In this document: positions 38,314-46,503 of the stretch, one piece after another
Numbering within the stretch: position 1 is the stretch's first letter
Layout: the number at the start of each line of letters is the position of its first letter
NCBI GenBank assembly: GCA_038214755.1
Contig: JBBQRQ010000025.1
Span: forward strand, 1 to 55,280
Length of the DNA: 55,280 nt
Direction: 5' to 3'
Origin: Verrucomicrobiota bacterium
GTDB lineage: Bacteria > Verrucomicrobiota > Verrucomicrobiia > Limisphaerales > CANJXF01
Made by a program: the position numbers and the translations under genes
The notes under the pieces: generated by a model
What the model saw: the letters and a program-made list of their open reading frames with translations, nothing else
Told to the model about the DNA's origin: nothing
Database searches by the model: none

Positions 38314-38408
38314 TTTTCCATGCCGCATTTCGCTCCGAAAATTTTCGCAGCAAAATAAAATCTTTATGGATGGCGTTGCGTGACAGCGCAGCGAAATCGC
38401 AACTACGC

Positions 38409-38678
38409 CGGAGCGCCGGTTTGCAACCGGCTTAACAATCTGAACGATTCAGTTGAGGCAACGACATCCAAAAACTGGCGCGCGGAATTTATTCCGCTTC
38501 GACTTGAGCACGACTGACAATCACCGCGCACCAACTGATGTGTCAGCCGGAAGCGGACTAAAGTCCGCGCTCCTTTGCGCCCTCAGCCTCATCGCCGCTC
38601 CAAGCACGTAGCGAACTGAATCGTTCAGGCTTGGCCTGGGCGCATGGACTCAAAAGCCGGTGGCAAACCGGCACTCCG
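38409..38678. repeat. Three-layer nested inverted-repeat composite
   Basis: Outer REP 38409-38433/38654-38678; middle CTGAACGATTCAGTT / AACTGAATCGTTCAG; inner REP 38477-38500/38550-38573. Confidence 0.85.
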
Positions 38679-38701
38679 TTACGGGAAAAATTTTGTTCCG
38701 C

Positions 38702-39727
38702 TCACTTGCTCTCGACAGTTGCCTCGGCCATCCACCGGCGCGCGCGCGGAACAAAAAGCGCGGGCACGGTGCGCGACTGATGCGCAATCTCCAGCGTGAG
38801 TTCAACGCGCCACGCCGGTTCGGCAATCAGCATCAACGCTTCCAGATGAGCGTGAGCGCGAATCTCGTGGCGGGCCACCTGGTCGGCGCGGCGGCGCGCG
38901 TGCTCCACTTTAGCCGCGGCCACGCGCTCGGCGGTTTTCAACTTCGCGCTTTCATTTCCAGTGCGAGCGGCGCGAGCGGCCAGCTCCTGTTCGTAATGCT
39001 CGAAATAATCGTCCACTCGATTTAGTTCGCGTCCCAGATGTTGCGACTGCCGATTGGTGATGACGGCGAGATCACTCGCCAGGTCGGTTTCGAATGCAGC
39101 GCGGAGAAATTCCCGCCAGCTCGCCGGGTCGGGTGTCGGCCAGGAAATATCATTCCCGCTGTCATGCGCAACGGACGCGAGATCGAAAGATTGCGCGAGC
39201 AAATTATCCGGCGCGCCATCCGGCAATGAAAGCGCGATGCGCCGCAGCGACCAATGTTGGTCAATCGCCTGAATCTCCGAGCGCAACAAACCCAGCAGCG
39301 AATAATGGTTATCCGCGAGGAAGGGCGACGCGAGTTGCCAGCGATGAGTTTCCGGGAATTGCGCGCGCCAAAGTTTTTCCGCCACGTCCGCCGCAGGCGG
39401 GCGCGCGCCACTCGGCCCGTTTAATATTACGCGTTCCAACGCGAGGGATGCGGGTCGCAGCGATTCGGCCAGACGGAAGGTGAGCGGGCAACCGGGAAAA
39501 ACTTCCTTCGCCGCATCGCGGGGCGAGGTGTCCTCTGCCGGCGGGAACCACAATTCAACTTCATGCAACTCGCCGGTGTCATTCCACAGTCGGGCGCTTC
39601 GGCCCTCGGCCACCACCTCCAGGCGGTCGTGCCACGTGCGTTCGCATAATCCGCCGAGCGAGGTGAGGGCTTCTTCGTAAAAATCCGCCGCCGCGCCGGG
39701 CGAAGGAGTGAGGCGCTCGATTTTCAT
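38702..39727 (-). CDS. Hypothetical protein, possibly a YqhG-like partner of the SNF2 helicase
   Basis: 341-aa ORF coupled to the upstream genes; C-terminal helical ELNRVDDYF segment. Confidence 0.7.
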   Translation of the reverse strand: MKIERLTPSPGAAADFYEEALTSLGGLCERTWHDRLEVVAEGRSARLWNDTGELHEVELWFPPAEDTSPRDAAKEVFPGCPLTFRLAESLRPASLALERVILNGPSGARPPAADVAEKLWRAQFPETHRWQLASPFLADNHYSLLGLLRSEIQAIDQHWSLRRIALSLPDGAPDNLLAQSFDLASVAHDSGNDISWPTPDPASWREFLRAAFETDLASDLAVITNRQSQHLGRELNRVDDYFEHYEQELAARAARTGNESAKLKTAERVAAAKVEHARRRADQVARHEIRAHAHLEALMLIAEPAWRVELTLEIAHQSRTVPALFVPRARRWMAEATVESK

Positions 39728-40119
39728 TTGAGGAATTGGTCAATGAATTTTAGGTAGCCTTGTCGGCCCGCGATGCCGGTGTGGCGCTCGACGGACTTGG
39801 CGAGTTCCTGGAGACAGGTGATCAACTTTTCAACTGGAATGGGCGTCACCGGAATCTCCGGCTCCGACGGCGGACCGGGGTCCTGCCCGAGCCGGAATTC
39901 GCACATCCGTTTCAAAGCCGCAAAGGCGGTGGCGTCCAGTCCCGTCAGCGCCGGTGGCTTGGGCGGATGCCCACGCTGTGTGGCACGGTAATATTGGCGC
40001 GCCGCTTCGTAGGCGCGTTGGGCGGTGTAGTCGGTCATGTCGGGGTGCGCCCGCCAAACTTCAACGATGGCGAATTCCAGGTTTTGCAGAACGTCGAGGT
40101 TTTCCTTTTTCCATTTCAT
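39724..40119 (-). CDS. Hypothetical protein
   Basis: 131-aa ORF overlapping both neighbours by ATGA; DVLQNLEFAI..SVERH...GRQGYL.FI. Confidence 0.75.
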   Translation of the reverse strand: MKWKKENLDVLQNLEFAIVEVWRAHPDMTDYTAQRAYEAARQYYRATQRGHPPKPPALTGLDATAFAALKRMCEFRLGQDPGPPSEPEIPVTPIPVEKLITCLQELAKSVERHTGIAGRQGYLKFIDQFLK

Positions 40120-43082
40120 AATGATTCGTAGTCCCGGGCAAAAAGGGTTTCATCGAGTTGCTTGATCTCGGCGTAAGCGTTGCGCGCCGCGGCGAGTTCT
40201 TCGCCCAGACTGGCAAACGCCTCGGCCACGCGCCCTTCGCTGTCGCGCCAGCGGCGAAGCACTTCGTCGGCAAATTCGTCGCTGCCGAATTTCTCGCCCA
40301 ACACCAGGCCCGTCTCGCCGACAACCAGTTCAAACAAATTCAATTTCTCCTGCAATACTTCGAGCAGATGTTCCTGAAGCGTTCCCGCCTGAACAAAATT
40401 GTAAATGCGCACGGGATGTTGCTGGCCGAGCCGGTGCAATCGCCCGATGCGTTGCTCGATCTCCATCGGGTTCCACGGCAGATCGAAATTCGCGAGGCGA
40501 TGACAGAACTGAAGGTTGCGCCCCTCCGAGCCGCTGCGGGTGAGCAACAACGCGCCGCCGCGTTTGTGAAATTGCTCCGTGATCGGCTGCCGCTCGGGCG
40601 GAGGAGTCGCGCCATTGATGACGAACGTCTCGGCGCCGACGCCGCGCAAATATTCCGCCAGCGCCGCCTGCGTTTCCAGGAATTGCGTGAAGACCACCGC
40701 TCCACCCTCGCCTTTGGTGAGCGGCGCAAGTAATTCGCATTTCCGTTTCCAACTCGCTTCCAATGGCGATTGCTCCCGCCAAATCCGCGCGGCGCTGCGA
40801 TCCGGAAATTTTTCCAACGCGGCGCGCCACGCCGCTGGACTGCTGCCCGCCGTTTGCAATAACAGTCGTCCCCACAAACTCGACTGGCTCGCGCTCAGTT
40901 CCGCGAGTCGCGCGCGAAATTCCTTTTCCCACTGTTGCCAAAACGCGCGCTCAACTTCGTCCGGCTCGAACAAGACCGTTTCCGCGCGGCGCGGCGGCAG
41001 TTTCAATCCGGCGTTGGCGCGCGTGTTGCGAATCATCACCTGGCCCAGCAGCCGGCGAAGTTCCTCCGGCTCGCGCGGTTGACGCGGGCGTTTTGGGTCC
41101 ACGAATCGCGCGCGAAATTCCTTCGGCGAGGGCAACTGGCCGGGCTGGAGAAGCGTGACGAGGTTGTAAAGTTCTTCGAGCGAATTCTGCACGGGTGTCG
41201 CCGTCAGCAGCAGGAGAAATTGGCGCGGCAAGGCGTTGACTGCCTGCCAGGCTTGCGACTCGCGATTTCGCAAGTAGTGCGCTTCGTCCACGATCAACAA
41301 ATCCCAGTGGGTCTGCCGCGCGATTTCCAGGTGCGCGGGCTGCTTGAGCGTGTGCAGGCTGGCGATGAGACCGGGATTGTCGCTCCAGAATTTTCGCGGG
41401 TCGCTCCGTGCCGCTTCGTCATTTGTCGTGACGGCGGCAAGACCAAATTTGTCGCTCAACTCTTCCGCCCATTGATCGACCAGCGACGGCACGGTGAGCA
41501 CGAGAAATTTTTTGACCATGCCGCGCGTGAGCAATTCCTTGAGCACCAGACCGGCCTCGATGGTTTTGCCCAGGCCGACTTCATCCGAGAGCAGCGCGCG
41601 TCCGCGCAAGGGTCCGAGGACACGCAACGCGGTTTGCAATTGGTAATCGAGTTTGGCGATGCGGCAATGGGGCAGGCAAAGCAGATCATCGGACTGGTTG
41701 GACACCCACCACAATGCGGCGCGCTCGCGGAGAAAATAACTGCGCAAGTCGGTCAGCGGAAAAGTGGTTTCCTGAAAAGAGAATTCTGGAAATTCGATGC
41801 GCACCGGGACGGGCGGCAGTGGCAGGGATTTTTTCGGCGGCGCGGCGGAGTTAGAATTTGAGATTGGAAATTTGAGATGGGCTTTCGCCTGCGCGCCTTT
41901 TTTGGTTTCTTCGGCCTTGCGCTCTGTCTCGTCGCGTTGTTCGCGTCGTCGTCGTTCCTCTGCCAACCGAGCCATCGTCTCACTCCGCCGTTGCTCTTCC
42001 TCCACGCGCTTTTGTTCCTTGCGGAGCAGACGCCGTTGGTGACGCTCGAAATCCATGAGACTCAGCGGAGCCATTTCGTTTACGATTCGGCCCAGCGGAG
42101 AAAATTGAAAACGCAACGCCTCGGCCATCGCGACAAGGTTGTCTTCCACCCACGCGACAGGCGATTCACGGGGGCCGAATGGCGGCTCGTGGTGGGTGAG
42201 AGGTTTCGCGTTTCCCGGCTGCGGTTTGATCCACAGTCCGTAAAACTTTTCGCGATTGGTGGGAAAACGATGGAGCCATTTGGCCAGTTGCGCGCGAATC
42301 GCGTTACGATGGAGCGACGTGACGGAAGGTTCGCGTTTGCCGTCGGTCTCGATCTCCCAGGTGAGTTGATCGCTGCCCGACACACGCGCGCGCCCGGTCG
42401 CTACGACACTCCCATCCCGCGGGCTGCTCCATTCCAACTCCGCCACGTTTTTGACCTGATCGAACGTCACGCGCAATTGCAGCAGCGCGGAAATCGGCGC
42501 GAGAGAAGCGCCTGTTTTCAACAAATCATCGAAGCTGGGTTGGACGCCGAGGCGCGCGCCCGCGAGCAGCCGCAACGCGACTCGACCACTCCTGGCCCCA
42601 TCGCCGCCCATCGGGATTTTCGTTTCCAGAATGCGCGCAAATTCCAAAACGTCACGGCCCAGCCGTTTCCAAAAATCTTCGCCGGGCGGAATCGACAGCG
42701 GAAAAAATTCGTTGGCCCGCGCCGGGCCGAGGTTCATCTCTGTCAAAAGGCCGATGCGCGGAAGTTCATCGGCTAGCGGAAAAATTTTGCGGATTCGATT
42801 CAGCAATGCGCGAACGGAGGAGGCGTGCGCGCTGCAAAAACTGTTGCGGGGTTTGTCCTCCAAGTTGAGTTGCCAGTCGAGCGCGGCCCACGGCAAGCCC
42901 GGTTCCGACGCGAATAAACGCCCGCGCGCCACGACTCGACCTTCATCTCCCGTCCACTCGAAGCCAATCTCACCGGCAACGAGATTGAACGTGACGCGCA
43001 AGTGCAGTCGTTGGGCAGGAATTAAATTTCCATCGTTCGGGAATGTGTTGGGCAAATTAAGCTGGGCATCAGCTTTCGGCAT
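40116..43082 (-). CDS. SNF2/RapA-family helicase (YqhH-like core) with long N-terminal extension
   Basis: LSDEVGLGKTIEAG, IVDEAH, LTATPVQN, EGRNLQ, DLPWNPMEIEQRIGRLHRLGQ. Confidence 0.93.
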   Translation of the reverse strand: MPKADAQLNLPNTFPNDGNLIPAQRLHLRVTFNLVAGEIGFEWTGDEGRVVARGRLFASEPGLPWAALDWQLNLEDKPRNSFCSAHASSVRALLNRIRKIFPLADELPRIGLLTEMNLGPARANEFFPLSIPPGEDFWKRLGRDVLEFARILETKIPMGGDGARSGRVALRLLAGARLGVQPSFDDLLKTGASLAPISALLQLRVTFDQVKNVAELEWSSPRDGSVVATGRARVSGSDQLTWEIETDGKREPSVTSLHRNAIRAQLAKWLHRFPTNREKFYGLWIKPQPGNAKPLTHHEPPFGPRESPVAWVEDNLVAMAEALRFQFSPLGRIVNEMAPLSLMDFERHQRRLLRKEQKRVEEEQRRSETMARLAEERRRREQRDETERKAEETKKGAQAKAHLKFPISNSNSAAPPKKSLPLPPVPVRIEFPEFSFQETTFPLTDLRSYFLRERAALWWVSNQSDDLLCLPHCRIAKLDYQLQTALRVLGPLRGRALLSDEVGLGKTIEAGLVLKELLTRGMVKKFLVLTVPSLVDQWAEELSDKFGLAAVTTNDEAARSDPRKFWSDNPGLIASLHTLKQPAHLEIARQTHWDLLIVDEAHYLRNRESQAWQAVNALPRQFLLLLTATPVQNSLEELYNLVTLLQPGQLPSPKEFRARFVDPKRPRQPREPEELRRLLGQVMIRNTRANAGLKLPPRRAETVLFEPDEVERAFWQQWEKEFRARLAELSASQSSLWGRLLLQTAGSSPAAWRAALEKFPDRSAARIWREQSPLEASWKRKCELLAPLTKGEGGAVVFTQFLETQAALAEYLRGVGAETFVINGATPPPERQPITEQFHKRGGALLLTRSGSEGRNLQFCHRLANFDLPWNPMEIEQRIGRLHRLGQQHPVRIYNFVQAGTLQEHLLEVLQEKLNLFELVVGETGLVLGEKFGSDEFADEVLRRWRDSEGRVAEAFASLGEELAAARNAYAEIKQLDETLFARDYESL

Positions 43083-43191
43083 GACAAACAAGATGCGAAA
43101 TCGCACCGCGCCACGGCAATCTAAAACAAAGTTTGCGCCGGAAAAATCGAGCGGGCGTTCTCAATAATTTCTCTTCTTCCCGGTGCCACTA

Positions 43192-43293
43192 AAAGCGGCG
43201 GAGGGCCGCCGCAGTCCAAGACGCTCGCGCGAATTTCGATGGCGCGTGAATGGCGCGATAGCGTCTTGGAGTGCGCCAGTCCTCTGGCGCTTT
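43192..43293. repeat. GGAG-type REP doublet
   Basis: AAAGCGGCGGAGGGCCGCCGCAGTCCAAGACGCT / AGCGTCTTGGAGTGCGCCAGTCCTCTGGCGCTTT. Confidence 0.75.
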
Positions 43294-43349
43294 CGTTTTG
43301 ACCGCCCGTTTGAATCCCCCCCAATCTCCCCAACCCTCGATCCGGTGAC

Positions 43350-43592
43350 CTATCTTTCCCCGCGCCGTTTTGTTTTCCCGTTGGCAGGAAGAGTTTCCAA
43401 CTCGGTGACAAGATCGAGATCCAAAATGGAAAACGCGCCGTTGACTCTAAAGGCGACTCCTGTTGTGCCTTCCGGGTCATAAGCTAAAAACTCACTATGC
43501 GGAATGGGAAAGTTCCCTCCATCTGCCGTGTGGATGGCAAACGGCCTGAACGGGCGAGCCAGATGCACGCTTCGTAAATCCTCTATCTTCAT
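43350..43592 (-). CDS. Small hypothetical protein
   Basis: PFRPF.I..ADG..F.I.H.EF pattern; TAAATT 5 nt before ATG. Confidence 0.7.
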   Translation of the reverse strand: MKIEDLRSVHLARPFRPFAIHTADGGNFPIPHSEFLAYDPEGTTGVAFRVNGAFSILDLDLVTELETLPANGKTKRRGER

Positions 43593-43643
43593 AGTTTAAT
43601 TTATCCCAACTCCCAATGGAGGCTCAAGCAGTTTGAAACGCGA

Positions 43644-44717
43644 TCAATACACTCCCTCTACAATATTTTTTTCCATCGCGCCGAAGGGGCGGACTTCCGC
43701 CACGCCATCCCAGGCGTAGGGCGCGCGGGGTTCGCGGCGGATGGCTTCGTCGCGTTCGAGAAAACGCGGTATGAAAAATTCCTTCGTGAGTGTGGTGAGT
43801 TCGACGCGGCCCCATTCGCCATAGTTTTTTAATTGCGTGGTGTTGTTCGGATCGACGACACGCAAAACAGCGCGCGGTTGTGGCGCATAATAGGTGATGG
43901 AAAAATTGTCTTCCGGTTTCAATGGAACACTCGCGGCAAGTCCCATCAGCGTGTTGCCGTAGGTTGGATAAAAGCCGATGCGATTTTCCAAAACTTCTTC
44001 GACGATAAAGCGGACGTATTGCGGAGCCATCGTCGTTCCGCCGCAAAATACGCCGCGAATTCCCGCCTCCCATAAATTGGTTTTTTCAGAGAGCGCTTCG
44101 AGAAGTTTTGGCGTGGTAAACAACCCGCTCACTTTTCGATTTTTTAAAATGGTCACGGCTTGATCGACCACGTGCTCCATGTAAGCGCGGGCTTGGTCGA
44201 ACTGTTTATTGCTGATGAGTTTTTTCACCCAACGCGGGTCGAGATCGATGAAGTAACACGAACTGCCGCGCACGTTGGCGAGATGTTCAATGGCGAGACG
44301 CAGGCGGCGCGGTCCGGTCGGCCCCATCATCAGCCAATAATGATTGCGCGGAAAATGTTCGTCGGAAATTTTTTCGCTGAACTCGGAGTAATCCACTTTG
44401 TAATCGTTCCAACCGATGCGCTGCTTCGGCATTCCGGTCGTGCCGCCCGTTTCAAAAATGTTGAACGGCTTTCCTTTGAATTGCGCGGGAACCCAAACTT
44501 CCGGTTGAAGATCACGAAGTGATTCGTCAGGGAAGTGTGGAAACTTTTGCATGTCGGCGAACGATTGAATTTCGTTTCGCGGATCGAAATTTTTCTTCGC
44601 CCAATCAAGCCAGAACGGGCAGCCGGTTTCCGACGAGAAATGCCATTGGATGATTTCGCGAACGTGCGCGTCGAGTTTTTGTCGAGCGATTGAAATGTCG
44701 GACTCAGCAACAGGCAT
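43644..44717 (-). CDS. Short ANL-superfamily adenylating enzyme (EhpF/GriC- or PaaK-like)
   Basis: WHFS.ETGCPFW, ETGGTTGMPK (A3-like loop), YGNT, FLERD. Confidence 0.75.
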   Translation of the reverse strand: MPVAESDISIARQKLDAHVREIIQWHFSSETGCPFWLDWAKKNFDPRNEIQSFADMQKFPHFPDESLRDLQPEVWVPAQFKGKPFNIFETGGTTGMPKQRIGWNDYKVDYSEFSEKISDEHFPRNHYWLMMGPTGPRRLRLAIEHLANVRGSSCYFIDLDPRWVKKLISNKQFDQARAYMEHVVDQAVTILKNRKVSGLFTTPKLLEALSEKTNLWEAGIRGVFCGGTTMAPQYVRFIVEEVLENRIGFYPTYGNTLMGLAASVPLKPEDNFSITYYAPQPRAVLRVVDPNNTTQLKNYGEWGRVELTTLTKEFFIPRFLERDEAIRREPRAPYAWDGVAEVRPFGAMEKNIVEGVY

Positions 44718-44729
44718 AAATTTGAAAAA

Positions 44730-45119
44730 TTATTTTTTAGAGAGACCGAGACTGAGGCGGACTTCAGCGCGAATGGAGCGGCAGGCTTTCAACGCCTCCC
44801 GTGCATCCGCGCGTGTGGCAAGATGGCCGGGATACCGGAATTTTACTGCGTAATTGTTTAATAAAAGCAGCGAGGGAGTAAACGATTCCCAGAGCGGTTC
44901 TTTCTGGAGCAGCAAGGAAAGAAGCGCCGTCAAGCTATGCACCTTGGGGACGGGCAGCGTCTCCTCTTCCAACCGCGCCTTGAGATATTTTTCGACGCAT
45001 TGTTGGCAGTGAAAGCCGATGATGTTGGAGATGTCCTTTGCCCGGCTACGAATTAGAGTGCTCGCAGCTTTGAATTCGGCCTCGGCAAACCGCACCCATT
45101 CCTCGGTGTCAGCCTTCAT
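44730..45119 (-). CDS. HEPN-domain toxin (copy 2)
   Basis: FHCQQCVEKYLKA, PKVHSL, YAVKFRYPG. Confidence 0.9.
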   Translation of the reverse strand: MKADTEEWVRFAEAEFKAASTLIRSRAKDISNIIGFHCQQCVEKYLKARLEEETLPVPKVHSLTALLSLLLQKEPLWESFTPSLLLLNNYAVKFRYPGHLATRADAREALKACRSIRAEVRLSLGLSKK

Positions 45120-45528
45120 ACATTACCTTGCCGTTGGCGAGAACTTCACGGGTGAAGTAATCGGTGCGTTCGGTCCGATCCGGTTTCCAAAGAAGCAGAT
45201 CCATCGGGAATGGAGCGCCGACGCGCGTCAACATCTGGACTACTTGTTTTGTGTCGGAGCCGCGAAACGGCATGATTACAATCAGGTCAACGTCGGAATT
45301 GATCGTCGGTTGCCCGTTTGCGTAGGAGCCGAACAAAATGATTTTCTGCGGACGAAATTCCCGCGCGAGCACGCGGCAGTAACTTTCAATCTGACGGCGC
45401 GGAACTAATCCGGTTCCGTCCCAAAGTGGGCCCGGCACATCACGATGCCAGAGCTGCAAAGGCGGTTGGCTTCCATTGGCTGGTTTGGAACGAGCGCCGC
45501 GTTTTGGGTTGATGGATTTCGTCCGCAT
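45109..45528 (-). CDS. MNT nucleotidyltransferase antitoxin (copy 2)
   Basis: IILFGSYA.G....SDVDL. Confidence 0.9.
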   Translation of the reverse strand: MRTKSINPKRGARSKPANGSQPPLQLWHRDVPGPLWDGTGLVPRRQIESYCRVLAREFRPQKIILFGSYANGQPTINSDVDLIVIMPFRGSDTKQVVQMLTRVGAPFPMDLLLWKPDRTERTDYFTREVLANGKVMYEG

Positions 45529-45550
45529 TCGCAAAAGCTACAAAGCCTCG

Positions 45551-45667
45551 TCACATTTCACTCGTCAAGTCCGCGTGTTTTGGTTCCAGCAGCCAGTGCG
45601 TTCTTTCACAGGCGAGCGAGTCGAGTTTTCGTTGCGCGGATTGGAGGTCGGATTCAGGAACAGGCAT
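45551..45667 (-). pseudogene. Chimeric duplication-junction ORF (EhpF-like 5' end fused to MFS 3' end)
   Basis: MPVPESDLQSAQRKLD resembles MPVAESDISIARQKLD (44717); LEPKHADLTSEM* resembles PDPKPADLTNET* (46504). Confidence 0.8.
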
Positions 45668-45679
45668 AGAGTTGAGAAA

Positions 45680-46072
45680 TTATTTTTTGGGCAGACCGAG
45701 ACTGTGGCGGAATTCCGCGCGAATCGAACGGCAGGTTTTCAGGGCGATCCGGGCGTCTGCCCGTGTGGCGATATGGCCGGGATAACGAAACTTAACGGCG
45801 TAATGATTCATGTCGCGTAACACAGGTGCAAACGAGTCCCATAGCGGTTCAACGGGCAGCAGCCTTTGCATCAATAAAACCAGATCGTGGACGCGGGGAA
45901 TCTCCAGTCCAGCTTCAGCCATGCGCGCCTTGAGATATTTTTCCGCCGTTTGCTGGCAAAGAAAGCAAATGACATTGGCTCTGGATTGTCTGGTGCGTAA
46001 TCGAAACAGATCTGTGGCCGCCGACAAGTCCTCTTCAGCGCGAGAAATCCATTCCTCCGTTTCAGTTTTCAT
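45680..46072 (-). CDS. HEPN-domain toxin (copy 1)
   Basis: FLCQQTAEKYLKA, PRVHDL, YAVKFRYPG. Confidence 0.9.
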   Translation of the reverse strand: MKTETEEWISRAEEDLSAATDLFRLRTRQSRANVICFLCQQTAEKYLKARMAEAGLEIPRVHDLVLLMQRLLPVEPLWDSFAPVLRDMNHYAVKFRYPGHIATRADARIALKTCRSIRAEFRHSLGLPKK

Positions 46073-46481
46073 GCATCACCTTGCCGCGCGAAAGCACTTC
46101 GCGGGTAAACGAATCGTCCTTTTGCAATCTTTCTGGCGGCCACACCAGCAAGTCCATCGGGAACGGCGCTTCCACCCGCCCACGAATCTCTCCCATCTTC
46201 TTTATTTGCGACCCGCGAAAAGGCATGATCACAACCAAATCCACATCCGAACTCGTCGTCGGTTTGCCGTAAGCATACGAACCAAAGAGAATAATTTTCT
46301 CAGGACGAAATTCGCGCGCGACGACGCGACAATAGCTTTCAATCTGGCGGCGAGGCACCAGGCCGGTTCCATCCCACAATGGGCCGGGCACGTCAGGATG
46401 CCAGAGTTGCAACGGTGGCGGTGAGGCATCCGCGCGTTTGGAGGAACCGTTCCGTTTTGGTTTGTTGGATTTTGTCGGCAT
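46062..46481 (-). CDS. MNT nucleotidyltransferase antitoxin (copy 1)
   Basis: IILFGSYAYG...SSDVDL. Confidence 0.9.
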   Translation of the reverse strand: MPTKSNKPKRNGSSKRADASPPPLQLWHPDVPGPLWDGTGLVPRRQIESYCRVVAREFRPEKIILFGSYAYGKPTTSSDVDLVVIMPFRGSQIKKMGEIRGRVEAPFPMDLLVWPPERLQKDDSFTREVLSRGKVMHEN

Positions 46482-46503
46482 CGTCAGCGTTAAAAAATCC
46501 GCG

